47,560 nucleotides of DNA from a virus (taxonomy: Duplodnaviria; Caudoviricetes), in the IMG/VR virus record IMGVR_UViG_3300025018_000022, positions 1-47,560 of that record; one strand, 5' to 3'. Under the pieces are notes generated by a model. It had not been told where the DNA came from. It saw only the letters and a list, made by a program, of their open reading frames with translations, and ran no database searches. Numbering within the stretch: the first letter of the stretch is position 1; every line of letters starts with the position of its first letter. The position numbers were made by a program, and so were the translations under genes. Positions 19,560 through 28,106 of the stretch are shown one piece after another.

Positions 19560-20163
19560 TTTTCTTTCCCATCAATTCACAGATAACTTCAGAAGGAACA
19601 ACGATAGACATAGGGGTGAACGGGTTGAACCCACCAACAAGGATACCAACAAGAGAACCATCAAGCCTGAAGACAGGGCCACCACTATTCCCTGGGGCCG
19701 CAGCTACGTTACCAAAGATAAACCTGCCCCACAGATGGCGGTCTTTCTTGGTATCGCTAGCAACCTTACCAAAGGTGTAGATATCTGTCTCGCCAAGAGG
19801 ATCACCCACCACAACCAAGTCTTCACCAATCTTAGGGGTGGCACAGACAAGCTTGGCTGAAGGGTGAGCGAAGCTCTCGTCAGTCATCTGCAGCAGGGCA
19901 ACATCGTACTCTTTGTTGTTCCACATAAGAGTAGGGGGTACCTCCCACTTGTTGACAAGAATAGGCTTCTTGTATCGTTCAGCCGCCTCTACACAGTGGG
20001 AGGCAGTAAGGATATAATTCCCCCCGATGTGTACACCGCTACAGGAGCCGTAGCCAAGACTGAGACTAACCTTAGCCCCACCATACGAGGAGGGATTTGG
20101 CACAGAAGGAGGAGAGCAAGCGATAACAAGCACGGCAGTCAGGATACTAAGATACCATTTCAT
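19543..20163 (-). CDS. Trypsin-like serine protease with lipoprotein signal
   Basis: Catalytic triad LTASHC / YDVALL / GNSGGP. Leader MKWYLSILTAVLVIA-C. Confidence 0.85.
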   Translation of the reverse strand: MKWYLSILTAVLVIACSPPSVPNPSSYGGAKVSLSLGYGSCSGVHIGGNYILTASHCVEAAERYKKPILVNKWEVPPTLMWNNKEYDVALLQMTDESFAHPSAKLVCATPKIGEDLVVVGDPLGETDIYTFGKVASDTKKDRHLWGRFIFGNVAAAPGNSGGPVFRLDGSLVGILVGGFNPFTPMSIVVPSEVICELMGKKIATPE

Positions 20164-20321
20164 TCTTCTTCCTCTTCTACAATACGAGTAGCTTCTTGAA
20201 CAGTAAGCTTCTCTGGTTCTTCAAATTTCTTGGAGATGATTTTTCTCTCCTTGTAGTAGTTGTCCTCTAGCATCCTCTGAGCTATACGGTTACGAAGTTT
20301 AGGTGTTACCTTTCTGATCAT
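20160..20321 (-). CDS. Hypothetical protein (53 aa)
   Basis: Hand-translated MIRKVTPKLRNRIAQRML...IVEEEEE. ATGA overlaps at both ends. Confidence 0.6.
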   Translation of the reverse strand: MIRKVTPKLRNRIAQRMLEDNYYKERKIISKKFEEPEKLTVQEATRIVEEEEE

Positions 20322-20860
20322 CCCCACTGCTCCGCCATAGCTAGAGCCACACCGTCATATGTTTCGCTACGATCCTTAGCTCTACTGTCCGATGGACCCA
20401 TCTTCCATATCCTCTGTTCCCTACCTTCTACAATGTTCGTAGGTTTAAGAGGTGGCAAACCTACCAACCAAAGTCCTGTTTTCTTTGTCTCTCCATGACC
20501 AAACATCCAAGGCTGGATGTACTGATCAGGAGGGCGTATCCTTGAGGAGATAACACCAACAGGGTTCTCAACACAAATACGTTCACAGTCAAGAGTGAGA
20601 AATCTGCGAAAGAATTCTACAGCCTCTTCTCTTTCTTTAGTTCCTGAGTACCACCTGTTCCCAGACACACACAAAGCGGTACACGGAGGGAAGGCTATAA
20701 CCATATCCCAATGAATATGCAGGGTGCTGAGCACATCCTTCTGCAGGTGGGGGCCGGGCCTGTCACTAGGTAGCAGGTCACAAGAAACAGCGTTGTGCCC
20801 CTTAGTTATAAAAGCATCCCGAACCTTACCACTTACCTCACAAGCTATCAGGATATTCAC
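20318..20860 (-). CDS. Phage DNA cytosine methyltransferase-like protein
   Basis: LIACE.SG.VRDAF, SCDL, AFPPCT and ENP motifs. Likely GTG start at 20860 behind a purine-rich SD. Confidence 0.78.
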   Translation of the reverse strand: MNILIACEVSGKVRDAFITKGHNAVSCDLLPSDRPGPHLQKDVLSTLHIHWDMVIAFPPCTALCVSGNRWYSGTKEREEAVEFFRRFLTLDCERICVENPVGVISSRIRPPDQYIQPWMFGHGETKKTGLWLVGLPPLKPTNIVEGREQRIWKMGPSDSRAKDRSETYDGVALAMAEQWG

Positions 20861-20888
20861 TAGTCTTCTTCCTCTTCTATAAATTGTA

Positions 20889-21056
20889 CTATTTCCTAAA
20901 AGTGAACTCAATTCTCTCTTTACCCAGGTTAACCTCTGAATCCACAAGAGAGTGCTTACCAAAAAGTTCTTCTAGTGTCTTGATATACTTAATGAGTGCG
21001 TCTTGGTCGTTGTTTATAAGATCAAACGTTATGAAAAAAGCGAAGAGGTTATCCAT
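20889..21056 (-). CDS. Hypothetical protein (55 aa)
   Basis: Hand-translated MDNLFAFFITFDLINND...EFTFRK. GAGGA SD, overlaps the upstream stop. Confidence 0.5.
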   Translation of the reverse strand: MDNLFAFFITFDLINNDQDALIKYIKTLEELFGKHSLVDSEVNLGKERIEFTFRK

Positions 21057-21216
21057 CTTCTTCCTCTATGTCTGCATAGAAGTAATCGTCTATGTCAATC
21101 AAACCATTCAAGTGTAGGCAGCGAAGGACTTCCTCGCAGGTCAGGTCGTTCTGTTCCAAGATCAGATCAAGGCCGTACTCCTCTGCAAGGATAGTGTATT
21201 TATCTAGCAGGTTCAT
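21049..21216 (-). CDS. Small acidic hypothetical protein (55 aa)
   Basis: Hand-translated MNLLDKYTILAEEYGLDLILEQNDLTCEEVL...IEEEDG. AGGA SD. Confidence 0.6.
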   Translation of the reverse strand: MNLLDKYTILAEEYGLDLILEQNDLTCEEVLRCLHLNGLIDIDDYFYADIEEEDG

Positions 21217-21505
21217 CTTTTTCTTTCCTTCTGTTAGCCCTACTTTCTTTCTCCCTTTTCTTCTGGGTTTGCCTACAAATCTTAAGCATCTTATCCAAAT
21301 CAGAAGGAGATAGACTCCAATCGTCTACTACGTGGCCGTTAGAAAAAATAAACACGTAGTCATCTTGGTAGTAATCGCAGTCTAATGAGCCAAATCCAGA
21401 GAAGTCAAACTCGGATGTCAACCCACAGTATACGTTAAACCTGGAGTAAGAGGATAGCAGAGCCTGGTTTATAGTTTTCAGATCAGTAGGCTCAACCATA
21501 CTCAC
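21200..21505 (-). CDS. Hypothetical protein
   Basis: Fills the operon gap and overlaps its neighbours. Confidence 0.5.
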   Translation of the reverse strand: MSMVEPTDLKTINQALLSSYSRFNVYCGLTSEFDFSGFGSLDCDYYQDDYVFIFSNGHVVDDWSLSPSDLDKMLKICRQTQKKREKESRANRRKEKDEPAR

Positions 21506-22253
21506 GCCTCAGTTGATCAATAGAGATGAATTGTGGATCGTAGACCCCGCTCTCGACGTTTCGTTTGACGACGACTCCTCGCCACCAGAGCTTGTTGATT
21601 TCTCCGGCCCACTCTGAACTATAGTCCTGAAAAACTCCAGCGACGCATCCCAGAATCTTCCTGCCATCCACAGTCGTACGCATAGCAAAGTCAGCGGTGT
21701 GGATATGGCCACAAGTACAAGAAACGAACTCTTTAGTGAGGAGAGAGTAAGCGGGGTGTTCTCCCCCCACGGGGCGGCCCATAACGCCAGACACAAAGAA
21801 ATGAGCGTAATGCACCCCGTCCACACTGTGAATACTCGGATAGTTTCCTTCATACTCCCCAACATAGTCATAAGTATCGTTGAGTCTAAGATGATCAAAG
21901 GAGACTGCTCCGTCGAGTTCGGGTCGTTCGTTAACTGCTCGCTTGATTCTGTGGTCATGGTTACCTTCCATATACACCCTGTAGGGTAGCTTCTTCTTGG
22001 CTCTTCGGACAGGCCCCCACAATCTGTCTTCGAACTCCAGGTGGGCGTTGATATCCTTGCTGTAGTTTCTGCCGATAAACGATTTAGTCCCTCTGTCAAA
22101 GCCGCTGAGGCTTGGCATATCAGGCCCATCCCCAAGGTTAACCACCACGTCAGGCTTGATGTCCTTGATCAGCTTTGCTAGCCAGTCCGCCCTCTCGTTA
22201 GAGAAGTCTGGATGGGCGTGAGGGTCTGGGATAACAAGATGGGTCTTACTCAT
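21492..22253 (-). CDS. Calcineurin-like metallophosphoesterase
   Basis: DPH, GD..D, GNHD, AH and GHIH metal-binding motifs. Confidence 0.88.
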   Translation of the reverse strand: MSKTHLVIPDPHAHPDFSNERADWLAKLIKDIKPDVVVNLGDGPDMPSLSGFDRGTKSFIGRNYSKDINAHLEFEDRLWGPVRRAKKKLPYRVYMEGNHDHRIKRAVNERPELDGAVSFDHLRLNDTYDYVGEYEGNYPSIHSVDGVHYAHFFVSGVMGRPVGGEHPAYSLLTKEFVSCTCGHIHTADFAMRTTVDGRKILGCVAGVFQDYSSEWAGEINKLWWRGVVVKRNVESGVYDPQFISIDQLRREYG

Positions 22254-22434
22254 GTTCTACCACCAGTCCTTCCATGTTGTTGTTTACCTCTTTCACAAAT
22301 TGACGGGCTGCTTCTTCTGTGTCAAAGAGAAGAGTTAAATCTTGCGTACTCACACCGTCATCCTCAGACAGCCTTACTACTACCGCCCACTCATCGTCCT
22401 TTCGAGAAACCCCAAAGGCCCAGTAGACAATCAT
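22246..22434 (-). CDS. Hypothetical protein
   Basis: 62 aa with overlapping start/stop coupling to both neighbours. Confidence 0.55.
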   Translation of the reverse strand: MIVYWAFGVSRKDDEWAVVVRLSEDDGVSTQDLTLLFDTEEAARQFVKEVNNNMEGLVVEHE

Positions 22435-22589
22435 ACCAGCAGACCGCTGTAGACAACACCAGAGGACTTAACCTTGTTCTTCTTCCTGTCGTCAAGCTTC
22501 TTGATGAGCCGCTTAACCCTCTCCAACTCCTCCTCTAGAAGGATAATCTTCTTCTCGATTGGTAGGTCATCAGACCACATAGCAATCAT
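22431..22589 (-). CDS. Small coiled-coil hypothetical protein (52 aa)
   Basis: Hand-translated MIAMWSDDLPIEKKIILLEEELERVKRLIKKLDD... ATGA overlap with the next gene. Confidence 0.5.
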   Translation of the reverse strand: MIAMWSDDLPIEKKIILLEEELERVKRLIKKLDDRKKNKVKSSGVVYSGLLV

Positions 22590-22594
22590 AAAAC

Positions 22595-22936
22595 CTATTC
22601 CTTTTCCTCTATCTTGTGGTAAGAAACCTTAGGTCTCTTGCGGGTAAAGTACTTTAGCACTCTCTTGATCTTGTCTACATCATCCCGCAACCACCTTGAA
22701 ATCATACTATTACAATGCTTACAAAGCAACCCCCGGATTTCTCCAGTTGTATGATCGTGATCGACACAGAGGTTGTGCTTGTATCTTTTGGAACTAAATT
22801 GTCTAGGGTCTCTTTGGCAAATGAAACACACCCCGCTTTGTCTTTGAAGTAAGCCCCTGTACTCTTCCTCTCGTATTCCATAAAGCTTTTCTAACCTCCT
22901 GTAGTTAGGTGGGCCTAGCTCCTTAAGCTTTCGCAT
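22595..22936 (-). CDS. Recombination endonuclease VII-like nuclease
   Basis: YGI..EEY..L...Q.G.C.IC, VDHDH.TG.IRGLLC..CN motifs. Confidence 0.88.
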   Translation of the reverse strand: MRKLKELGPPNYRRLEKLYGIREEEYRGLLQRQSGVCFICQRDPRQFSSKRYKHNLCVDHDHTTGEIRGLLCKHCNSMISRWLRDDVDKIKRVLKYFTRKRPKVSYHKIEEKE

Positions 22937-23171
22937 CAGTCTTTTGCCACAACCTCACTTCGAGTGAGACAAGGTTAGTATCAAAGATGCTAGACTCTAC
23001 ACTCTTGGAGACAAAAAACAACTCAAGACCATAAAGAACAACAGCAGCTCTAATGTCGCTGATGTCGTTACTCATCTTGATCTGGTCTGCGTATTCTTTC
23101 AGGTTATACTCGGTAGTGTACTCAAACACCTCGGTAAAATCATGGTCTTCAATCTTCTTAAGTAGTGCCAT
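22923..23171 (-). CDS. Hypothetical protein
   Basis: 82 aa, packed into the operon. Confidence 0.5.
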   Translation of the reverse strand: MALLKKIEDHDFTEVFEYTTEYNLKEYADQIKMSNDISDIRAAVVLYGLELFFVSKSVESSIFDTNLVSLEVRLWQKTDAKA

Positions 23172-23175
23172 ACTC

Positions 23176-24027
23176 TTATGCCTCTGCTTTAATTTCTGGT
23201 ACGTTAGGCTCTCTCTCTACATGAGTGAGGAAGACAGGTTTGCTGGAGTAGAGGAAGGTTCTCAGCTCTGGCCAACAGGTAGCTTTGAACTCACAGTAGG
23301 AACAGTGGGTTCCAAGCTTTTTGTTTCCTGACTTTCCTTCAGCTTCTGGTGCAAATGCTCGTTCAGGGCACTCACCTCTTTCTGCAACATCTTTGTTTGA
23401 GAGTATAAGTCCTGATACCTCTGCAAGATATACGTCATCGAACTCGTGGATGTCAAGATGGATTTCCCCAGTCTCTTTGTTGATTACAAGGAAAGCTGCT
23501 CGGCTTGGGTCAATTCCGCCTTCTCCTCTAAGAGAGAGTAGGTAACCTCCCAACTGCTGGATGTATCCGAAGGGATCATCTTCAGCCCGAAGTCCACCCT
23601 TGAATTTCTTAAAGGAGAAAGAGCTGGCAGATTTAACATCAACGAGAACTCCGTCGATAACAGCATCAATACGTCCTGTGATGCCATTCCACTCAACTCG
23701 TTCCTGTTCTCTTTCGACCACGTGCCCAGCCTCTCTAGCAAGGCTGAGAAGCAGTTCTTCAAGGATGTCTCCGTAGAGGAACTTAACTCTGGTACTAGGA
23801 CGTAGAGGTTCAGCACTAGCAGGAGAGTGAAGTTTGTACCATAGTTTACGGGTGCATGGACCTCCAACATTAGAGAACCAGACTCTGGAAGATGACTTGT
23901 TGTCTCTAGGGTACAGCCCGCGTTCAAGAACACCACGCGACCTTTCGCCAAATACAGTTCCTTCACGGACTTCTTTCCTTCCTTCAATAACTAGTTGTTC
24001 AATATCCTCAACTAAGGTTTCAATCAT
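23176..24027 (-). CDS. PD-(D/E)XK Cas4-like exonuclease
   Basis: S..G.PC.RKLWY, GRIDAVIDG.LVDVKS, Q...Y and C-terminal C.YC.FK..C motifs. Confidence 0.85.
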   Translation of the reverse strand: MIETLVEDIEQLVIEGRKEVREGTVFGERSRGVLERGLYPRDNKSSSRVWFSNVGGPCTRKLWYKLHSPASAEPLRPSTRVKFLYGDILEELLLSLAREAGHVVEREQERVEWNGITGRIDAVIDGVLVDVKSASSFSFKKFKGGLRAEDDPFGYIQQLGGYLLSLRGEGGIDPSRAAFLVINKETGEIHLDIHEFDDVYLAEVSGLILSNKDVAERGECPERAFAPEAEGKSGNKKLGTHCSYCEFKATCWPELRTFLYSSKPVFLTHVEREPNVPEIKAEA

Positions 24028-24093
24028 CTAGGAGCCAACTCATAAAGAGGAAGCCAGCCCCGAAGAGAATCATAATATATAAAATCTCACTCA

Positions 24094-24624
24094 TCAGAAC
24101 GGCATCCCTTCTGGACGATCAGAGTCTTCCTGTCCCTCATCACTCTGGGTATTCTCCGGTTTATACTCAACCCACTCGTCAACTCGTACACCATCCAGAC
24201 GAACGGTTGTGTAAGCCTGAGAGTCAGCGTTGATACCCTTGAAGACAGAGAGCTTGAGAGTGCAGATAGAACCGTTACCGATCAGGCCACGTCCATCCCA
24301 GTCCTTGTTGTTAGAGTCAACAACACGAGGGGGGCCACCCCATTCAGTGATCTCAGTACCGTCCCGCTTGAGAACAACATTCTTCCGCTTGAACTGGAAG
24401 TAATCAAGATCAGGGTCAACACCCTCATCATACGGGGCCTTATACTCCTTCTCGGAGTAGCGCTTGTTCCAAGACTTGATAAGCTTCTTGTCGTCTTTGT
24501 CCACACCCACGTCGATGGTGTACTGTCCACCCTCTGGTGCGTACTGGCCTTTATCAAGGTTACCGGGGAAGACCTTGGCAAACATGATCGGCCCCACAAT
24601 ATAATAAACCTGCTCCTTACTCAT
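24094..24624 (-). CDS. Single-stranded DNA-binding protein (T7 gp2.5-like)
   Basis: FAKVF..N.D, IGNGS...L.L, RL.GV.V motifs. Acidic tail ending GMPF. Confidence 0.78.
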   Translation of the reverse strand: MSKEQVYYIVGPIMFAKVFPGNLDKGQYAPEGGQYTIDVGVDKDDKKLIKSWNKRYSEKEYKAPYDEGVDPDLDYFQFKRKNVVLKRDGTEITEWGGPPRVVDSNNKDWDGRGLIGNGSICTLKLSVFKGINADSQAYTTVRLDGVRVDEWVEYKPENTQSDEGQEDSDRPEGMPF

Positions 24625-24781
24625 TCAAAGTAAACTCCTCTATCCCAAAATCGTATATAGTAGTATTCTTAAGCTCTCTCATTGCTATCTTGCGTCTAAA
24701 CTTTGCTTGCTTTTCATCAGAGTAGACACCAAGAACTTCGTAGTCTCCAAAAAGTTCTTTCAAAACATAAACAACCAGCAT
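24617..24781 (-). CDS. Small hypothetical protein (54 aa)
   Basis: Hand-translated MLVVYVLKELFGDYEVLGVYSDEKQA...IEEFTLNE. GGAG SD. First gene after the 24.9-kb promoter. Confidence 0.65.
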   Translation of the reverse strand: MLVVYVLKELFGDYEVLGVYSDEKQAKFRRKIAMRELKNTTIYDFGIEEFTLNE

Positions 24782-24814
24782 CGCCTCTTCTCCTAATTTG
24801 TTACTAGTCTAGTC

Positions 24815-24961
24815 CAGCCCTCTTACGGGGCTGACACGAGGTAACCTGAGCTACGCTCCTACACGCTACTACGTACAAGCTTCGCGCTAGCTAAGAGTTA
24901 ACCTAGTGTATTATCATCCGTGTTATACATATATTATACCCACAAATGCCCTGGTTGTCAA
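24815..24961 (-). promoter_or_regulatory. Consensus sigma70 promoter plus conserved leader (copy 1)
   Basis: TTGACA (24961-24956), 17-nt spacer, TATAAT (24938-24933). 36-nt and 48-nt blocks are identical to the 41.45-kb copy, followed by a CAGCCC/GGGCTG hairpin. Confidence 0.9.
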
Positions 24962-25242
24962 GCCTTTTGTTTGTCCTCCTCTGAATTCCCCTTGTCTTGG
25001 TATTCAGCAAGCACCTTCCTAACCAATTCGCAAGCCCCAAGTTTCCTTACGTGGTGAATCCCTTCCATCGTATCAACCAGTTTTCCATCTTCCCCATAGA
25101 CGTCTACGCTGTAAATGTGTACACCACGCACGAAGAGGTTAGGAGGAACAAGCCCACAATTTGAGATATCAAATCTAAACAGCTCTCTCTTAGCACCCTC
25201 TGCCCCAAAAGGAACAATCTCAATCGTTGCTCTCAGTGTCAT
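24958..25242 (-). CDS. Hypothetical protein
   Basis: MTLR.TIE.VP.G.E...R, I.H.R..GA..LV motifs. ATGA overlap. Confidence 0.65.
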   Translation of the reverse strand: MTLRATIEIVPFGAEGAKRELFRFDISNCGLVPPNLFVRGVHIYSVDVYGEDGKLVDTMEGIHHVRKLGACELVRKVLAEYQDKGNSEEDKQKA

Positions 25243-25484
25243 TCCAGAGTTCCTCCAAGCTTGTTAAGGTACCACTTAGCTTTCTCGATGTCCTGCCTCT
25301 GCCTCCCCTTGTATTTGTACCTCCACAAGTACTTCATAACATTACCCTTAAGGTATCCTTGGTACTCCTCCCTTCCCATACTGGCCTCGATAGCCTCGAT
25401 AGCCTCTATACCATGTTTGTTCAGCTTGTAGTGGGCTGGTGAGTTAACCTCTTCGTCTTCAGTAGTACAGGTCATCGTCGTCAT
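25239..25484 (-). CDS. DUF3310 / T7 gp1.7-like nucleotide kinase family protein
   Basis: VN.P.HY....IE.I.AI, GYLKGN..KY.WRY..KG...D..KA.WYL motifs. Confidence 0.85.
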   Translation of the reverse strand: MTTMTCTTEDEEVNSPAHYKLNKHGIEAIEAIEASMGREEYQGYLKGNVMKYLWRYKYKGRQRQDIEKAKWYLNKLGGTLE

Positions 25485-25671
25485 CCCCTCGTTCTCTTAT
25501 CAACTCAAGCTCATTCTCTGCGTAGCATAAGTATATGTCTAAAGTATACGGGTACTTAGCCTTTGGGGCTACATCAACAACCACACTAATCTTACCTTCA
25601 CAAGGTGTGTAGTACTGGTACCCCTCTACAGGGGTAATCACCCTGACGACATCTCCAATCTTGAATTTCAT
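25459..25671 (-). CDS. SH3/KOW-like small protein, LYY-tail family member 1
   Basis: MKFKIGDVVRV...YPY...ENELELI. Ends GDDDDDLYY. Confidence 0.75.
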   Translation of the reverse strand: MKFKIGDVVRVITPVEGYQYYTPCEGKISVVVDVAPKAKYPYTLDIYLCYAENELELIRERGDDDDDLYY

Positions 25672-25675
25672 ACAC

Positions 25676-27601
25676 TCAGTGTGTTTCATACCAGTTCCTA
25701 CCTATCTTGGATTCTCCAGCAAGGGCGACCGTCATACCTAGTTCTTCTCCTGCTCTCTTGATAGCCCCACACTGCAGCACTCCGATTCTCTTAGCTTCCT
25801 CCAAGTTATAAGCCTCTGTCTGCCATTCGTCGTGGACAAAGTCTACCTGCCTGTACCTTACGCCCTCCTTCTCTACCTCTTTGCGCCACAAGATGTTAGC
25901 ATGTTTCATCACGCAAGCTTCTCCATTCTGAAGGTAGCCCGCGAGCATGATATGCTGATTATAATTGATAACCTTTCGTCCGTCAAGGCCGATGAAATAA
26001 CCTCGTTCTGCATCAGACGGGATGACAACTCGCTTAAGGTTGTCGATTCCAGGTACACTAGACATGAACTTTGCAACAGCAGCTTTCGCCGCATCCCGTG
26101 TGCAAGAGAGGATTTGTGCAATCTTGTCCACTCCTGCTCCGAGAAGCCAAGCGTAGATGAAAGTCTTTGCGTCGTCTCTAGAACGACAGACGCTTCCGAG
26201 GAGCGAACGGTTAACTGAATGTACATCTGTTCCAAGGTCCTTGTTCCCTTCTACAATTGTCCTAGCGTATTCCTTGTTGGCTACATAGTGAGCGAACACC
26301 CTCATCTGTATCCCCTCAGCGTCGGTGCCCACCAGGTAAGCGCCTCTCTCCGCTTTCCACAGTCCTCGCAGGACCCCGTTGTACTTAAGCTTAACCTCCT
26401 CTACCTGAGTAGGAACCTTGCCACGACACTGGTCAGTAGTGAAGGTAGAGAAGATGTTCCCTTGGTTTGGCCTGACGTGAGACATCCTGTGTGTCCACGA
26501 ACCAATACCGTTGAATCCTCCGTGTATCCTGCCTGTGGCTGGGTTAAACGCAGACAGCCATTCAACCAAGTCCCCTCTCCTACCCTCAAGGGTAAGCCAC
26601 TTGGCTAACAGGTGAGCCCCTCTGGGAGCCTGAGGGGGTAGTGTCTCCAGGTTGGCCTCTGTGACCTGCCATCCGTACTCTTTAAACCTCAATAACCTAT
26701 CATGCAGCTCTTTGCTTACACGGTTGTTCCTCTCTGCCTTTCGGTATTCTCTCTCACATTTCAGGTGGCCTCTGGTTTTATCCACCGGCTTCCACCCTGC
26801 TTTATTCAGGTACTCAACCCTTTGCTTTGCTGACCCTGGGTTAAAGGGCTCGTAGTGAAATCTGTAAAACTCTGATCCATCAGTTATACCTCTGATGTGG
26901 CCAACAATCCTAAGGGTCCCTTTAGCTGGCTGCCCATCCTTATTTACCTTTAACTTAACACCCCCGTCTTGGACTAGAACAGGGGGGATATCCCTGTGTA
27001 TCTCCTCCTCAACACCCCTCATCTCTTTCTTGATAAGAGAAAGGTACTCCTCAGCCTTAGCCTTGTCGAAGGAGAATCCATTCTCGCGCATATCCCGGCA
27101 GATGTAGGCCATATCGTGCTCTACCCTGAGAGCCTTAGCCCACGCTGGATCATAGATGAACCGCTCTAGCTCCTTGTAGATACGGTGCTGGATTTCTACG
27201 TCTACCTTGCACCTTTCAATATACAAGTCGATAAGCTTTGGGTTGTTCCAGTCATCAACCTTTACCTTCTGCTCTAGATGGGGCCACTGTTTACCCCAGT
27301 TCTCTACACTGTGCCCACCCACCTTAGAAAAATTGACAAGCCTAGACACAACAAGTGTATCAATACAGCCACGCCAATCAATTTCAGCGCCATCAACCAG
27401 TCTATTGATGTTAGGGATATCATAACCAATAATATGATGACCAATGAAACAAGAGCCATCAGGGAAAGCTCTACTAAAAATTCCGATATTGTCCTGAGAA
27501 AAGACATGTACCACTCCACTTGCTACCTCCTTACAAACGATGCACCAAATCTTAGTGGGATTCTCGAGAGAATTAAACTCAGCGTCTATGATTACTTTCA
27601 T
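25676..27601 (-). CDS. Family A DNA polymerase with 3'-5' exonuclease
   Basis: Exonuclease motifs DAE, GHH..GYD, Y..RC..DV. FNPGS..Q, motif A TDAEGIQMR, motif B AKTFIYA, motif C VHDEWQ. Confidence 0.95.
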   Translation of the reverse strand: MKVIIDAEFNSLENPTKIWCIVCKEVASGVVHVFSQDNIGIFSRAFPDGSCFIGHHIIGYDIPNINRLVDGAEIDWRGCIDTLVVSRLVNFSKVGGHSVENWGKQWPHLEQKVKVDDWNNPKLIDLYIERCKVDVEIQHRIYKELERFIYDPAWAKALRVEHDMAYICRDMRENGFSFDKAKAEEYLSLIKKEMRGVEEEIHRDIPPVLVQDGGVKLKVNKDGQPAKGTLRIVGHIRGITDGSEFYRFHYEPFNPGSAKQRVEYLNKAGWKPVDKTRGHLKCEREYRKAERNNRVSKELHDRLLRFKEYGWQVTEANLETLPPQAPRGAHLLAKWLTLEGRRGDLVEWLSAFNPATGRIHGGFNGIGSWTHRMSHVRPNQGNIFSTFTTDQCRGKVPTQVEEVKLKYNGVLRGLWKAERGAYLVGTDAEGIQMRVFAHYVANKEYARTIVEGNKDLGTDVHSVNRSLLGSVCRSRDDAKTFIYAWLLGAGVDKIAQILSCTRDAAKAAVAKFMSSVPGIDNLKRVVIPSDAERGYFIGLDGRKVINYNQHIMLAGYLQNGEACVMKHANILWRKEVEKEGVRYRQVDFVHDEWQTEAYNLEEAKRIGVLQCGAIKRAGEELGMTVALAGESKIGRNWYETH

Positions 27602-27617
27602 AAATTTTGTATGTCCT

Positions 27618-27860
27618 CTAGTAGTAAAGGTCTTCGTCGCGGCTTGTCAAAAGCTTTAGCTCTTTCGCAGAAAAGTAGGTACCACCCCCTATTGCAAAAT
27701 GAACAAAGACAGGATAGGTGGAGAAAGGTCCGGGTAATACACGTTCTACCACTCCAATACTTTTTCTCCTAGGTGAGTGGATATAATTGTGGACTTGGAC
27801 TGTATCACCCACCATAAGCTCTTCACCCCTGCGAGTAATAGCCCTGCTATTATTAGTCAT
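27618..27860 (-). CDS. SH3/KOW-like small protein, LYY-tail family member 2
   Basis: VGDTVQV...IGVV...YPVFVHF...FSAKELKLL. Ends RDEDLYY. Confidence 0.78.
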   Translation of the reverse strand: MTNNSRAITRRGEELMVGDTVQVHNYIHSPRRKSIGVVERVLPGPFSTYPVFVHFAIGGGTYFSAKELKLLTSRDEDLYY

Positions 27861-27873
27861 CTGTGCCTTCCTT

Positions 27874-28095
27874 CTAGTAGAAAAGGTCCTCGGTATCTTC
27901 TGGTATCTTTGCTATGTGGTCATCTGAACCAACCCAATAGCCGATACTAATGCATACCTTAGACATACTTGGAAAGTAACACTTGGCATAAATTCCACGT
28001 TTAGGGGTTGATAACACCTTACCTACATCACCAACCCTGACACCCCCACCGTTCTCCTTGATACAGACTACAGTATCACCTTTCTTAACCTTCAT
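27874..28095 (-). CDS. SH3/KOW-like small protein, LYY-tail family member 3
   Basis: MKVKKGDTVVCI...VGDVGKV. Ends EDTEDLFY. AAGGAG SD. Confidence 0.78.
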   Translation of the reverse strand: MKVKKGDTVVCIKENGGGVRVGDVGKVLSTPKRGIYAKCYFPSMSKVCISIGYWVGSDDHIAKIPEDTEDLFY

Positions 28096-28106
28096 GTTCT
28101 TTCTCC

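Noticed and set aside
22595-22936. Endonuclease VII-like gene as a mobile homing element or intron ORF
   Set aside because: It does not interrupt a gene, and it sits with the exonuclease and SSB where a resolvase is expected.
23176-24027. Cas4-like gene as part of a CRISPR system
   Set aside because: No repeat-spacer array or other cas genes. Stand-alone Cas4-like exonucleases are routine in phage replication modules.
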